Notes under the pieces: generated by a model
Told to the model about the DNA's origin: nothing
Seen by the model: only the letters and a program-made list of their open reading frames with translations
The model's database searches: none
Source: Sphyrna mokarran
Taxonomy: Eukaryota
Assembly: GCA_024679065.1 (NCBI GenBank)
Contig: JAGIQG010000008.1
Coordinates: 83,204,001-83,268,000, forward strand
Direction of reading: 5' to 3'
DNA length: 64,000 bases
Translations under genes and position numbers: made by a program
Shown here: positions 12,133 through 25,680 of the stretch, in pieces
Numbering within the stretch: position 1 is the first letter of the stretch
Layout of the letters: the number at the start of each line of letters is the position of its first letter

Positions 12133-12230
12133 CAAAAACAGAAAATGTTGGAAAATCTCAGCAGGTCTGTCAGCATCCATGCAGAGAGAACAGAATTAAC
12201 ATTTCGAGATAGTTGTTCAATGAAAATAAC
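12133..12230 (-). mobile_element. Penelope-like terminal repeat fragment
   Basis: aaaacagaaaatgttggaaaatctcagcaggtctgtcagcatc..gagagaacagaattaacatttcgagat. Confidence 0.7.
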
Positions 12231-14014
12231 AAAACTAAAATGAAATATATATCATGTCAGTGAGGACAGAAAACCGATCTCCATATTACCAAAAGATATC
12301 TTCCATGTAGTAGTATGCAAGTAGACAGGAGAATAAAGACGGGAAGATAGTATTTACTGATTGGCATACTGCCGCTCTACAAAATCAAACTAAAGGTAAA
12401 TATAATCATAATTCTTAAATGTCAAACAACAAGATGCCTCTCAGGAACAGATCAGGGGAACAGTAAAACTCAAGATTATCTTCAAGAATTACAATCAGCA
12501 ATTTAACAAGTAGAAATAATATTTCCCATAGGAAGTTTTCTTAAAAAAAAATAGTGAGTAACATCACATTACCACTATACTCCAAGGATGGTCCCATGGA
12601 CACCACATCCACATATAGCAACATGTTGATCAGAGTTTGAGAAATGCATTGTATACATGCTGTGGCTTTAGCTTATGTTGGTATTCACAATAGTAGAAGA
12701 TAAGGGTTGGAAAAATGGACAAACTGTCCCAAAATTGGAAAAGGACAAAATATATGACTATATAGATTTATACAATGTACAAACAATAAATGAGAGGAGC
12801 TGTTCCATAGTTTTGAGTTTCAAAACAAAATACATAGGTGACAGTAAGATGATTCCTAATTTCAATTGCATGATGAAGGGACAAAAGAAAATCAAGCAAT
12901 CGACTTACAGCTGCAAAAATGTGCTACCAAACATCAGCCCCGAAACTCCTCTTATGCAACCTACATTTTTCATTAAGGACATAATACATGGTTTCAAGAC
13001 ATCCTGCGTGGAATTTCTAAGGCTTCTGCATTTCTTCATGTTGTTGTTAAATCTTAGGACAGCAGGCAGTGCATAACATGAAATGCACCTGGAGCTTGGC
13101 CCAAAAGGCCCCTGTTAGATATTTAGCTACATCAATGTTGGCACATATGCCAACAGTATTGATTTCAGTGACAAGTTTTTGTTTAGTTCATGTCTCTCTG
13201 ATTCCCCCAGTACTACATTCATTCACTGTTCACTTGACTTCCGTCACATTGCATTAAGGCTGAAGGGAACTATTATAAGACAGCAGGTCTAAAGGTTTAA
13301 GATGGAAACGCAACAAGAGTGGTGATGTCAGCCCTTTCATATTAATAAATTTCCATTCCAATTTTTCAAACTCATTTGATAATGCTCATTCCTGTCACTA
13401 ACGTTTCAATGATGGTCACAAGACCACCAGCTATAACACTGAAGGGCAGTTACCAGTACATGCAGTTTTGAAAAGTAATGGAAACAGGCGATTCAAGATT
13501 ATGAATAGTCATATTGAGGTGACACCAGATTGTGAAAAACTGAAAGGATTTTTGCTCTCCTTTTTGCTCTCAGTAATGAAATGGTAAAGAAAGCATAACA
13601 TTTGTGATCTTAGTACAGATATCAAACAAAGAAATCTTCTTTCATTGTCATCACAAGGCCTGACTAATTGCCACTTGAACATGAAAACAAAAAGAGATTT
13701 TTATCATTGAAACCCTCTGTCACCACCTATTTAAATCTCTGAGCTGTCAGGATGTTTTCCACGATTGGCATCATTTTACCCTATCAGGGACTAATATCTC
13801 CTGGACAGGCTTTGCATAGGAACTATCATTTTCACAGCTTTTAGGGTATCCAAATCAAACAACACAAACTCAATCAGATTATGCCAATAGGAAGGAATTG
13901 CTATGGCAACTAGAGTTGCCCAAATAAGAATCTGCAGAATGTTCCAGCAGTTCTAGTAGTGATAAACAGTGGGAAATCATCGCAAAGAAAGATCCTGATG
14001 ATTAAAAACACATT

Positions 14015-14640
14015 GGCCTAGATCAACTCCTGAATAGTTGGAGACCAGACATAATCCCAAGATGGGAACCTCAGAGGTCCTAACTCAATGACTCTATGCG
14101 AATTGCCTGGTAAGCTTGAACTTCTGATGAATGATTTCCCTGCTCCCTGGGCTGCTCTGTAAAAGTTTGCAAATTTTAGACATTTCCGACTTACCTGACT
14201 GAATAGTTATCCAGGAGATGTTATACAAGGTTAAAAACTCATCTAACATCTGGATAACTGTACAAATAACCATCTCTTAATGGCACTTGACCATCCCCTC
14301 CCCTCACACCCCCATCAGATCCCCCACTAGACGAGACTAGTCCCTACCACTTGATTCTCTATCCTGATCTGACACAGCCTCAAGACCCTACCTACCTAAT
14401 CCCAACACCATTTACTTCATCTATCTTCCCTTTCACCCACTTTAGCATTTTACATACTTGTATTCCCTCGGTAACTTTTCAAAGCAGCTTTGGAACATTT
14501 CAACTCTCTATTTACTAGAATATGACAACTAACGCCACAAAAAAGCTTATGCACGGATTCTATTTGCCTCTCCCTCTGCAGTTTCCTATGTTGATGGAAT
14601 TCTGCAAGACCCCTCATTTGTAGATTGCTCAGGAAAATTG
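14015..14640. mobile_element. Older non-autonomous DNA-transposon-like repeat; related to 51449-52220
   Basis: Shared blocks ggcctagatc/ggtcccagatc, cagaggtcctaa, attgcctgg.aag.ttgaacttc, atttcc.tgctccc, atagtta.cc, followed by a C-rich tract in both copies. Right TIR not clearly seen. Confidence 0.5.
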
Positions 14641-14751
14641 TGCAGTGTGCGTGTATATATATATATATATATCTTTGGTTGATCCAGGTAAGAAATAAGA
14701 GTTCTGATCCTGACTGGAACATTTGAATTGCTGTAATGAAAGGAAACAAAT

Positions 14752-15030
14752 GCATAAAACCATGAGATGTAGGAGCAGAGGCCGTTCAGCCCATCATGTC
14801 TGCTCCACCATTCAATGAGATCATGACTGATCTGGTGTGTTAATCCTCAACTCCACTTACCCACCTCATCCCCACAACTCTTGATTCCCTTACTGATTAA
14901 ACATTTGTCTATCTCAGCCTTGAACATACTTAATAATCCAGTCTCCAGAGCACTCTGCGACAAAGAATTCCACAGACTCATGTCCTCAGAGAAGAAGTTC
15001 CTCCTCATCTGTATCTTAAATTGCACCTAT
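14752..15030 (-). mobile_element. CR1 3' end
   Basis: catgagatgtaggagcagaggccgttcagcccatc..tctatctcagccttgaac..gaattccacagactc..gaagaagttcctcctcatct. Confidence 0.85.
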
Positions 15031-16444
15031 GTGCAGTTTAGGAAATAACTGAAAGATAAATGATGTAAACATCTTGCCATTAATAAAAGACATTAAATTT
15101 CTGATTGGCCTTTCATCTCAAAATATCATAATCATCTTGTTAAACACTCTGCAATTGGTAAATACATGTAATAATGATCAGAATTAGAAATGTCACAGTT
15201 GCATATAGGCATATATCATGTATATCAAGTCATTTAATTTTATTTCACTTTCATTGGTGAATGAGTTGTCAAACTTTGTTTCCTGTTGAAAATTGCCATC
15301 AGATTTTCCAGCACACAAAATCAAATGTCATTGAGTACAGGCTACAAATGTGTTTAGTATATTGTAAATGCAAATTAAGATGCTCTGGAGCATGATAAAG
15401 AAAAAGAATTATGGCCATTTTGTTTGCTGCATTCAAAATGCAGTTGTACTTTTGCACCTGATTTTGAGAGAATGAAGCCAAATTACTTACTTTACACTAT
15501 TTTTCTGTTTTTACATTGCTTCTGGGCTCATATTTCTGCTGCACCAACACCATTCACCCACTGATATTGATCCACATCCAATCCCAGCCCCATCTCCAAA
15601 AGCTGGTACTACTTGATTTAGTAGACTTATCTTCACAGTTTTCTCGCACATATACCCAAGATTGGCATCTTTTCAAGTCATGTGCATCAAATCTAATACT
15701 GTAAAGTAATTTAACAAATCTAGTTTCATCTGGAAACAAGATTCTTGTCGAGAATTAGCCGTTTAATTATGTCAAGCGTTGGGCTTGTCATCCAGGACTG
15801 GGAAACATACAAATTGGTACACCCTGTAATGGCAGATCAATGGCCATTTAAATCACCTACACGTAAAATGTTCCAAGATATTTCTGATAAAAATTGGACT
15901 AGATTTACAGTTACACTAATGTTGGTGTAGCTAGCCCATGAAGCAGTGTTGAAAAAATAGCTAAATATAAGAAAAGCAGCCTGTGTTTCTGTTTAAAATG
16001 TTCAGTGATGTGATAAGGGACACAGGGAGATGAAACTGTTCCCAGTGGTGCAGACTGTACATTTCATAAAGCTGCTGCTTACGAAGCAACATCCAGTATA
16101 AATATATTCGACACCAGTAAAGGAAATCTGTCCAGCAGTAAGAAATCTACTAACTGTTACTGGATTTGTTTGAAGTCAGAGCTGTGTGGCTGAGGTTCCT
16201 ACATGGACATAACTTGTCAGTTCTTTAAAAATATATATACATTAGCTTAACGGAACAAATGAGTTAAGGCATTAAGATGCAAATGAAGAAGAGGGAGCAT
16301 GAGGAGATCTGAATTCAAGCAAACTTCTTGAACAGATCCATCAGATCATGGATGATCAATTTTTACGGGAGTGAAAGGGCCAGGAGGGAGGACAATGTTG
16401 TGGGAAATGTGCGTGTGGGAAATCAATAACTGGGCAGCTTATAA

Positions 16445-16585
16445 TTATACAATGGGTACAGAGGGATATGGGCCAAATGTGGGCAATTGGGATTAGCTTA
16501 AGGGTTTTATAAAAAAGGGCGGGATGGACAAGTTGGACTAAAGGACCTGTTTCCATGCTGTAAACCTCTACGACTCAATGATTCC
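16445..16585 (+). mobile_element. CR1 3' tail
   Basis: gagggatatgggccaaatgtgggcaattggg..ggacaagttggactaaaggacctgtttccatgctgta. Confidence 0.85.
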
Positions 16586-17299
16586 ATACAGAATGTGACC
16601 CCCAGGAGGATGATGCTAATAAACTGATTTAGCTTAATTCTCTTAAAATAGTGTTCAAAAATATAATTACCTTTTGTTGATGTCTGTTTATTCCCCTAAT
16701 TTTGTTCTAGAATATCTTTATTTGTATTTATAATATATCTGACACAACCCTATTTCTTGTATTCTTGGTTTTGTCTGCTAGGAAAACTTGGCTGCTAGGA
16801 CTGAATCAATCTTCAACAGCAAACACAGGCAAAATCATCCGTCTGATTGAAAAGCAATTGAATGAGGTGCCATAAATGACACTCTTCCTAGTCTGTATAA
16901 TTCACTCTGACATTTCTTTCATTACAATTTATTAGTAGTGGTGTCCATGGAGGAAGATGAGTGGTGCTTTGTTCTAATAAAAAAATGAATTGTGGCAATT
17001 AAGGAGTTAACACACGATGCTTCGAGACCGAGTATGCTGAAGAAGACACTTGTTCTTACCATTCAGTACACCTATATTTGATCTCAGAGTTAGCTTACAA
17101 TTCTAGCTCAAATGAAGATCATTTGCAACACAGAGTAAGGACAGGAGCAACAAAGAATTTGAGAACAGCTTTTATATTGGGAATGTGCGGCATACCACAA
17201 AACCAAAATTCAGGTTACATTCAGCTGTGGCATCTCCAAATTAAACTTGCTGCATTTGTGAAGAACAGTCACCCCGATTGCCCCCGAGTCTAAGTGTTA

Positions 17300-17640
17300 G
17301 TATTAGTTTTCTGATAGCTTTCTCACCTCTGACTCAAATCATGAGTTTGAATCCCTATCTAAACTTTAAGAAAACATTGAAAGTGGACAGTTAGTGCAAT
17401 ATTGAGAAACTGCTGCATCATCAGAGATGATATCCTTCAAATAAAAGCATCCTCTTCCCTCTCAGGCAGACAAATAGATCCCACAGAAAGATTCAAAGTG
17501 CAGTATATTCTCCCTCGAGTCCTGGCTAATATTAATCTCTTGCTCAACATCGCTAAAATAGGTTGTCAGGTCAATTCATCTCATTGTAAACCACTTCTGC
17601 ATTTTCCCACATTGAATATTTTTGATCACTGTGACAATCT
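17300..17640 (+). mobile_element. DeuSINE (SacSINE1-like)
   Basis: ctctgactc..gagtttgaatccc head; agtgcaatattgag..tgctgca; ctctcagg..agatcccac; gtcctggctaatatt. Confidence 0.7.
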
Positions 17641-18214
17641 ATAAGATGACCAATAGCAAAATCTGAAGATCATTTGTTGAAAGTTACTGTTGGTATTTGC
17701 ATCACCAGAACATATCTCAGCAATATATTCCATTTTTATTTAAGTTGAGAAGTGACTTATTGAGATAATTATACCAAATCACTTATCAAAAATAACATTT
17801 CATATTTTATCAACGACTGGAAATTTGTTATACCCACTTCATACATTCATGAGCAAAAATGCAGCAGCTTTAGAGAATTCACAAATTTGGATTCTGAGCT
17901 GACCCTAAATTCAGACAATAATTTGACTGAATTTATCAAGTCCACTGATCAACTATGACTAGCTAATAGCCATGATTTTCTTCTTAAACATAGCTTTATT
18001 GTCTCTATTTGCTAGTTGATCTTGTTCATCTCAAGAGTACCAAGATGAGAAGGCATTATGTGAAAGTTTAGAAAAGGGATTTAGGTAGACAACATTGAAA
18101 GTGGAACCACTAACCTTCTTGATTTCTCTTCCATTAGCATTCAGTTGGAGGTTGGCCTCATTTGTACTACAATATTTGGTGCTTTAGTGATATGCCCCAC
18201 ATTGTTTTATTGCG

Positions 18215-18610
18215 AAGAAAAAGAACTTGCATTTATGTAGCATTTCATGACTACTGGATGCCCCAAAGTGCTTTACAGCCAAATAAGTATTTGTTTATGA
18301 ACTGTAGCCACTACTATAATGTACGAAAAACAGCAGCCAGTTTGCATCCAAGCTCCCACAAACAACAAAGTGATCACGATTAGAGATTCTATTTTGGTGC
18401 TATCAATTGAGGAATACTGGCTCAACTCACCAGGGATGACTCCTTTGCTCTTCTTCATTATAGTGGCAGAAAACCTTTTACTACCACATGAGTACAGGCA
18501 GCACTCTGATTTGACATTGCTCCCAATAGTGCAGTACTTCCTCAGTACTGAAGCAGGACCTGAGCCCACAAATTAGACTCAAGAGACAAGAGCATTATTA
18601 ACGAAGCTGC
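18215..18610 (-). mobile_element. DeuSINE (SacSINE1-like)
   Basis: cttgcatttatgtagcatttc..ccaaagtgctttacagcc..gctcccacaaacaacaa..tgctcttc..agtgcagtacttcctcagtactg..gactcaagag. Confidence 0.8.
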
Positions 18611-18768
18611 AGCAGACTTTTATAATTATCAGTCATATAATTTAGAAACACCTATAAAGTATATGGAATATGTAGCAATGCACAAATGAGAAAAAGCTAG
18701 GTAGAGATGTACTGAAAGGGAGCAGAGGGTTTTTGGGTTAGCACCTATAGTTTGAACTGCAGACACTT

Positions 18769-19030
18769 GGCAGCACAGTAGCACAGTGGTTAGCATTGCT
18801 GCTTCATAGTGCCAGGGATCTGTGTTTGATTCCCAGTTTGGTCACTGTCTGTTGGAGTTTGCATGTTCTCCTGTGTCTGTGAGACTTTCCTCTGGATACT
18901 CCAGTTTCTTCCCACATTCTGAAAGATGTGCTGATTAGGTCATTGAGTCAAATGATTGCTGAACTGTGGCAACTAGGAATTTCACAGTAACTTCACCGCA
19001 GTGTTAATTTGTGACTAATAAATAAACTTT
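18769..19030 (+). mobile_element. V-SINE with alternative (L2-like) tail
   Basis: ggcagcacagtagcacagtggttagc head, V-domain, tail ttcacagtaacttcaccgcagtgttaat..gtgactaataaataaacttt. Confidence 0.85.
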
Positions 19031-20174
19031 TTTTTAAACCAGCTTAGACCTCAGCAAATCCTGACTGCTTCAAGCATATTTAGGAGATGCTGCATTAACA
19101 TGTTAGAATGAAATTAGGGTTTGGAAGACAGGCAGAGGACCAGCAACATGGTTTCTGAAACTCAATTGTGAAAGAGAAGGATAATCAATGCTGGGCTTGG
19201 GGTCAGAAAAGTTAACTGGTGGAATTGTAGGAAGGCCAATGCTACCATATATTACTGGCAGCAGTGACACATGCCTCTCACAATTAGGTTGTTGATTTGG
19301 AGCCTCAAAATCAGTGGCATTTGTTGTATTTTTAATTTTACTTAATGCAAATTTGCCAATCTCATACAGGAATGGTAACCTAAATGTAGATTTGGTTTAT
19401 TTAAAGATGATTACAGGATTGCTCAGCAGACAGATTCATTATAAAAATTCAACAGCTATTGTTAACAGAAAAATGCAGCTTCAACTTCTTCACAACACGC
19501 TACTAGTTAAATTAAAAACTCCTCTGAATAATATCAGCCAATCACATGGTTTACATCCAGCTATTTATTTGTCAGCTGCTTTGCTTAAAGTGGCATTGCA
19601 ACAACAACTCTAGGGCAGTGTATATTTGCAAGTGTAAGACAATGTCAAATCGAGACAAATGTAAGAAAATTTATTCAAAGATGCCATATTTATTTTATTT
19701 GTAAAGTTATTTTTTTCAAGATTATTTAATGCTCACAAACCATACAGCACTGGGGAGTAACCAGGGTATATGGCCTTTAGTGCAAACAACTGGATTTCAT
19801 AGGCTAATTAAATCTTTAGTCTCAGAGAGACAGAGGTCTACAGCATAGAAAAGGCCCTTTGTCCCATTACGTCTACACCAATCAATGAATGTATAGGCAG
19901 GGTTTTATTTTCAGATGTTATAGATTACATTGTGGAATACTGGAAAAATGCTGAACATGAAAGCCAAAAGTTTGAGATGTTCTTCAAACACTAAATATGT
20001 TCAAAGTGCTGAGCTCTTTTTCCATTTCATAGTTGTGTCTGTACATCTACATGTCTCCAAATGAAAAGTATATTTTTAATAGCAATATTGTTTATTCAAC
20101 TCTATTATTCACGCTGCTGGCACTGCATCCAAGATCCTATGCTGTATGGCAAAACCAACTCCATTGAGACAAGA

Positions 20175-20268
20175 AATAAAAATAGAAAATACTGAAAAAA
20201 ACTCAACAGGTCTGGTAGCAACTGTGAGAAGAAAAACAGAGTTAATGTTTTGAATCCAATATGACTTG
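20175..20268 (-). mobile_element. Penelope-like terminal repeat fragment
   Basis: aaactcaacaggtctggtagca..aaacagagttaatgttttgaatccaatatgactt. Confidence 0.65.
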
Positions 20269-20269
20269 G

Positions 20270-22170
20270 AAGGCAAATGGATAGCTAAGAATTTGTTGGA
20301 TCAAGTCTTTAAGGAGGATCACTCCCCCAAGCATGAGATCATATCAGGGCGAGATGTTTTCAGCAGGCTCAATGCCAGAAATGGCTACTGGAATGTAGAA
20401 TTTTCACTCTTGATATAATTCAACACACCCTTTGGATGTTATAATTCCTTCTTCTACCTTTTGACCTTGAAACGAGCCAGGATATGTTCCGTCAGAAAAT
20501 AGGTGAGACATACATGGGTTAGTCAGCATAGCAGATAATATACAAATATATGGTGTAAATGAGAAAGATAATGACTATCGTCTACGTGAAGCCATGGAGA
20601 GAACCAGGAAATCTGGGATTAAGTTAAATTCAGAGAAATTCATAATAAGACAAAATGCCAGTTCTTTGAAATCAAGCAGAGTTCTGAAAGCATCATAGCC
20701 ACCTCAGGGGTTTAAGCCTCAAGAGATACAGAGAATTGAGATATTTTCTTGGAGTGATCCAATGTATGTGTTCTCCTGTCAGAGCTGATAAAAGATGTAG
20801 AGTATCAATAGTCAAACAACAGGAGTTAACAAAATTAAGAAGGCAGTGTGTTAGGAGACAAGTCTGTCAAAAGAAACGTGTTACTCTGCAAATGGATGCT
20901 TCTACAAGAGGGAAAGCCAATAGTATTCTCATCCAAAGCTCAAACCTCAGCTGAGACTAGATCTGCTAATATAGAGAGAGAGATTTTGGCAATTCTGGAT
21001 AGATGTGAGACATTTCACATATATCTCTACATGAGAAAGTAAATATTGAAGTGCGATCATCATCTACTGCAGCAGGCCGACGAGAAGAATCTGTGCAAAG
21101 CAATAGCAGGAGTACAGAGGTTACCCTTGAGGCTACTCAACCAAGCAAAATACATCATCCCAATGACCAGGAGGAAGTATGACAACAACTCACTGAAGCA
21201 CAGCAAAAGAGGCCAACACTTCAGCAAAAGTACCAAATGTTTACAAGACAAAATATACACGTACAGGATCCAACTGTGAAAATTTGAAGACCTGCAAAAG
21301 TTGTTGCTGAAGCCAAGAAACCAAAGATTGTACAGAATCAAAACTGAACCCGGGGGCAAAAGAGAAAAAAAAAACAAATCCATATGCGACTTGCAGCAGA
21401 GCTGAAAAAACAGAAAAGGCCAACAACACCACCAAAAATAGTAATATCCAGGGGACAACATCGAGAAAATGAGATATTGCAATAGTAAACAGTCCAAAAA
21501 TATATGGATTGGGTGGATTGGCTGTGGCACGTGAATGGGACAAATAGGTGGGCCAGATTGGGATACTCATCAGAAAGTCAGTGCAGACTTGATGGGCCAA
21601 ATGACCTCTTTGTGCACTGTAGGGATTCTATGACTATGAATCTATAAATCTAGCAACACTAGAAACAACACATACAGCATTACTTATGCAGCATGTCAAC
21701 TCACCACTAAGAGTAACGAACGCCAAATATACATGATGGAGGTACAACATCTTACCACCTCATGAACAATAATTTAAAAAAATACACACTTTAAGACTCT
21801 TTGAGAAGGGGTTCAGTTTATTTTGAAAAGTGAATTGATAATCCTTTTTAGCTTATACAAGTTAATGACAGGATAAGGGCTTTATCTTTTGAAAAGAGGA
21901 GGAATGTTTATATATTGTAACAGCTGTAAATAGCTAGGAACTGATTTTTTAAAAACTCACTTGTGGAACATGGGCGTCATTGGCTGGCCAGCATTTGTTG
22001 CCCATCCGCAGTTGTCCTTGAGATGTGCTGTATGTTAAGTTTTCCAAGAGAACACACTTTGCAGCTACACTAGAGACTGATGTGACATGTATTGAACTAG
22101 ATCAATCCAGTCCTTCAATTGTACAAAGCAGCCTGGCCAAATTGAATGCAGAGTTTCTGACTTTCCATGA
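20270..22170 (+). mobile_element. Degraded Gypsy LTR retrotransposon (RT, RNase H, PPT, 3' LTR) with nested V-SINE tail (21500-21645) and LINE/SINE tail (21945-22022)
   Basis: VFSRLNARNGYWNV..FNTPFG, IADNIQIYG..GIKLNSEK, VTLQMDAS, LLQEGKPIVFSSKAQTSAETRSANIEREILAI. PPT GAAAAGAGGAGGAA (21891-21904) followed by TGT. Confidence 0.85.
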
Positions 22171-22219
22171 CTATTGTCATCCATGAATGAAAAGATAACA
22201 AAAATACATATTCATTTGT

Positions 22220-22328
22220 TCTGAAATGTTAACTGTTTCTCTCTCCACAGAAACTGCCTGACCTATTGAGTATTTCCAAGACATTGTGTTTTTGTTTCAG
22301 GTTTTCAGCATCCACAGTATTTCGCTTC
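22220..22328 (+). mobile_element. Penelope-like terminal repeat fragment
   Basis: ctgaaatgttaactgtttctctctccacaga..ctgcctgacctattgagtatttcc..ttttgtttcag..cagcatccacagtattt. Confidence 0.7.
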
Positions 22329-23003
22329 TGACAGAGACTGAAGAGCTTGTTTATGGGATATAAATATTTCAAAAAGATGCATATTACTAAAAATCATTCT
22401 GGTTTAAGGGTGTTGCAATGGATTAGCACACTGATCTATCACTTGCTGGGTTTACCAGATTATTGGGATTGAGTTTCACTTCTTGCTGCCTGAGAAAATT
22501 TGTGCAGTTTCATTCCAGCTTCATACTGGCTTGAATTCAAAGTTCAAAACTATTAATTCATCACTAAAAAATAAATTCAGTACTCCCACACACTCAGCAG
22601 GAGCCATCACTGAAAGTAGCATGGGTCAAAAACAGGGCAAGAACACTGCAGTACAGATTCACTGACCTGGCTTCTCTTCATACATGCTTCTTCATTCAGA
22701 ACACAACATATCCTTAAAATTGCTAATTCACTCAGAAATGAGACATTGATGACTGATATTGGAAAGTAATACTTCACACCAATTGAGAAAGGGTACTTGT
22801 CTAATAATTGGATTTGAGGAAATTTATACAGTAAAATTATTAGCATACAAACTTATTAAATTTGTGGACAAGGCATACTTAATGACGAACAGTGTCATCA
22901 TATCAACCATGAAAGAATCAAATTCAATCTCTTTGAAATACATTTTTTCAAATTGTAAACTCACTACATTGCCTTAGATCTATAAATAAACTAGGGACAT
23001 CAT

Positions 23004-23100
23004 GGGCCGAATTCTCTGACCTTGCCCACAGTTGGGATTCTCCAGTCCTGTGCAGTGAACAGAGATATGTCTGAGCGTCAAATTCTCCGTTCTCACTAGC
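23004..23100. mobile_element. Truncated Harbinger-like MITE end
   Basis: Starts GGGCCGAATTCTC, TIR-like and similar to other GGGCC-ended elements here; no right TIR seen. Confidence 0.4.
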
Positions 23101-23204
23101 AACTAAGTAATCATTAAGTAGAGAGATGTTCAGACAAAGTGAAACTCTGGAAAAGCAGTTCCTTTTCTGTGAGAAGGATAATTATTTTATTACAACCATT
23201 ACTT

Positions 23205-23790
23205 CAACAACTTGCATTCATATTGCACGTAGATGCTGGAAGGACATCTCAGAGCAATTTACAATGAGGAACAAAAGAATGTAATGGACTCCAGGGATAG
23301 AGAAATTAAATAATTAAGCTGGAAGATTGAATGTAAGACTGAGAGGACAGTTCTCATTTTGTATTTGAAAGCAAAGAGAGAACTCGGCAGTGATAGATTA
23401 CAGTGGACAGGAGCTTAGTAACTGAACAAAAGATCTCCAATGGTAGACTGGAGATATGAAGTCTCAAGAAGAATTCCAGTGTTAAGGAACAGAGGTCATG
23501 TGGAGAAATATAAAGCAACAGGAAGTCACAAAATTAGAGTTCAAAACCAAGCATATATTTGAAAATAAGACCGTTTCTGAAATTTACATGCTAGGAAGCA
23601 GAGAGCCAGATTATGGTGAGATGCCAAGCAGGAATTTTAACTTCCTCGCAATCCTAACAAGTGACTGTCCCATCCAATATAGAAAAGTCTTCTGTGTGGT
23701 TCTCAAAGTAAATAGGATTTTGGATAATAGACTATTTAGATAGTGATAGAGGCTTTAAGAATTGTTTTAGTTGGAGTTAAGAAATTACTA
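23205..23790 (-). mobile_element. Degraded L2-like LINE 3' region
   Basis: caacaacttgcattcatattgcac..catctcagagcaatttaca tail, followed by purine-rich antisense ORF remnants. Confidence 0.45.
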
Positions 23791-25169
23791 GAAGCACAAT
23801 ATTTTTCAAAGGACTTCCTAAATTTTATAGATCTGTGTGATCTTTGACCAATCAGTTGAAGTTATGCAGTACTTTTGTACTGCAGCAACTTCTCAGACTT
23901 CAGTTGTTAATTTTTTCTTTCAATTTATTGACCCAGTGAATGGTATTAATCTTGTGTAACAAGATAAATGCCCATTACAAAGTCAATACACTTACTGTTG
24001 TAGGGAAAATGATATGATTGATTATGGAATAATCGGGGCTGGGCCTCACCTAGATACCATTGGCTACCCTCCATCCAAAGCGACCAGAAACTCTGCAGTA
24101 AATGTCTGAAGTTGAGCAGCCCGATGATTCAACCCTGCAGGCCCAATGCAAGAATAGGGATGTGGAATGGAGGGGGAGTTTAGACCAGGGACGGTCTTAT
24201 GGAATAATGCTTTTTACATTTTATATAATGGTCTTCATTATTGATAGCTGTGAATCCAAGGCCTGTGTATCCTAATGTTGTGCTTATTATACATGCAAGG
24301 TTCAGTCCAGTTACAATCCTGAAATAATGGAATGAAGGAAATAATTTAAAATTAGTGAATTAATGAAACCCCTCCACGACTCAGTGAACAATATCTTATG
24401 AACTGCATGAGTTTGATCCTTGAGTCTTGTTGAACAGTATAGTCTTACACAGAATAAATTTGATCTTTGGTCTCTTCTGGGCAAACCAATCTCAAATGTG
24501 GAAACATTAAAGTCATTTATCCTCATCATTCATAAGCTAGGAAAGGATAAAAGACAAGATTCTCCATAATTAAAAGACAGGAAGAAGGATTTTAATCCTA
24601 TTAATCTAGTTCGATTTTAATTCAACCCCCAAAAATCGAAATGCCTTTGCACAAGCTATTGGCCCATCCAGCCCCCAGAAATTCAATCAGAACTTTTATA
24701 ACACAATTTTATGACTGAGTAATTTTACTGATCCTAGAGGAATGTCTGGTTATTATTTAGTACAGTTAAGAGCAACTAAAGTACATCACAATTGCTAACA
24801 TTGAACACAACAGAATTTGATTCTCATAATTCTCTAAAGTTCAATTTTTAATTTGCTTGTCATTCAAAATGTGATTTATACGCAGACAAACACCAACAAG
24901 AAAATGAGTAACAATTCACAATTCTTTTGTGGTCAACAAATGCCAGTGTTTCAACACAATGAACAAATTTTAATGGAATTAGCTCCTAATGAAACACTAG
25001 ATGAATTGATTAGATATCAGTATCAAACAAAACTGTACTACTCAAACTCGCCCCTTAAAATTGTATATCAATAGATTTAGTTGTCAAGAGATGTAACAGT
25101 TAAAATATTCATGCAAATTAGCATTTCGAAATATTCAAGCAGGCTGCATGAAACAAAGTTTCTTGCATT

Positions 25170-25345
25170 TCTTACTTGCATTAACTTGATCTTTCTCTAC
25201 ACCCTAGCTTTGACTGTAACAGTATATTCTTCACTCTCTCGTCTCCTTCTCTATGAACAGTATTCTTTGTCTGTATAGCATACAAGAAACAATACTTGGC
25301 ACTGCATGCAAATACATGTGACAATAATAAATCAAATCAAATCAA
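25170..25345 (+). mobile_element. Rex1/Babar 3' UTR
   Basis: ttgatctttctctacaccctagctttgactgtaaca..gaaacaatact..gtgacaataataaatcaaatcaaatcaaa; ends in (AAATC)n. Confidence 0.7.
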
Positions 25346-25374
25346 ACAAGACTAATTATACATACACACACACA

Positions 25375-25680
25375 GGGTGGCATGGTGGCACAGTGGTTTT
25401 CACTACTGCCTCACAACTCCAGGAACCCAGGTTTGATTCCCAGTTTGGGTCACTGTCTGTGTGGAGTCTGCATGTTCTTCCTGTGGCTGCGTGAGTTTCC
25501 TCCAAGTGCTCTGGTTTCCTCACAAAGTCTGGAAGATATGCTGGTTAGGTCTACTGGCCATGCTAAATTTTCCCTCAGTGTACCCATACAGGTGCTGGAG
25601 TGCTACGACTAGGGAATTTTCACAGTAACTTAATTGCGGTGTTAATGTACACTTATTTATGACTTATTTGTCAACTTTAA
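25375..25680 (+). mobile_element. V-SINE with L2-like tail
   Basis: gggtggcatggtggcacagtgg head, V-domain, tail tttcacagtaacttaattgcggtgttaatgta. Confidence 0.85.

Noticed and set aside
12675-13112. 133-aa plus-strand ORF, an open minus-strand frame bounded by AG/GTAAGT (about 12909-13112), and faint HARBI1-like PGAFH and RSFG words
   Set aside because: No recognisable domain, a weak acceptor, and transposase-like words too short and in different frames to support a call.
22245-22300. Strong acceptor-like ctctctccacag and ttttgtttcag motifs
   Set aside because: They are part of the Penelope-like terminal repeat and recur at many copies, so they are not evidence of host exons.
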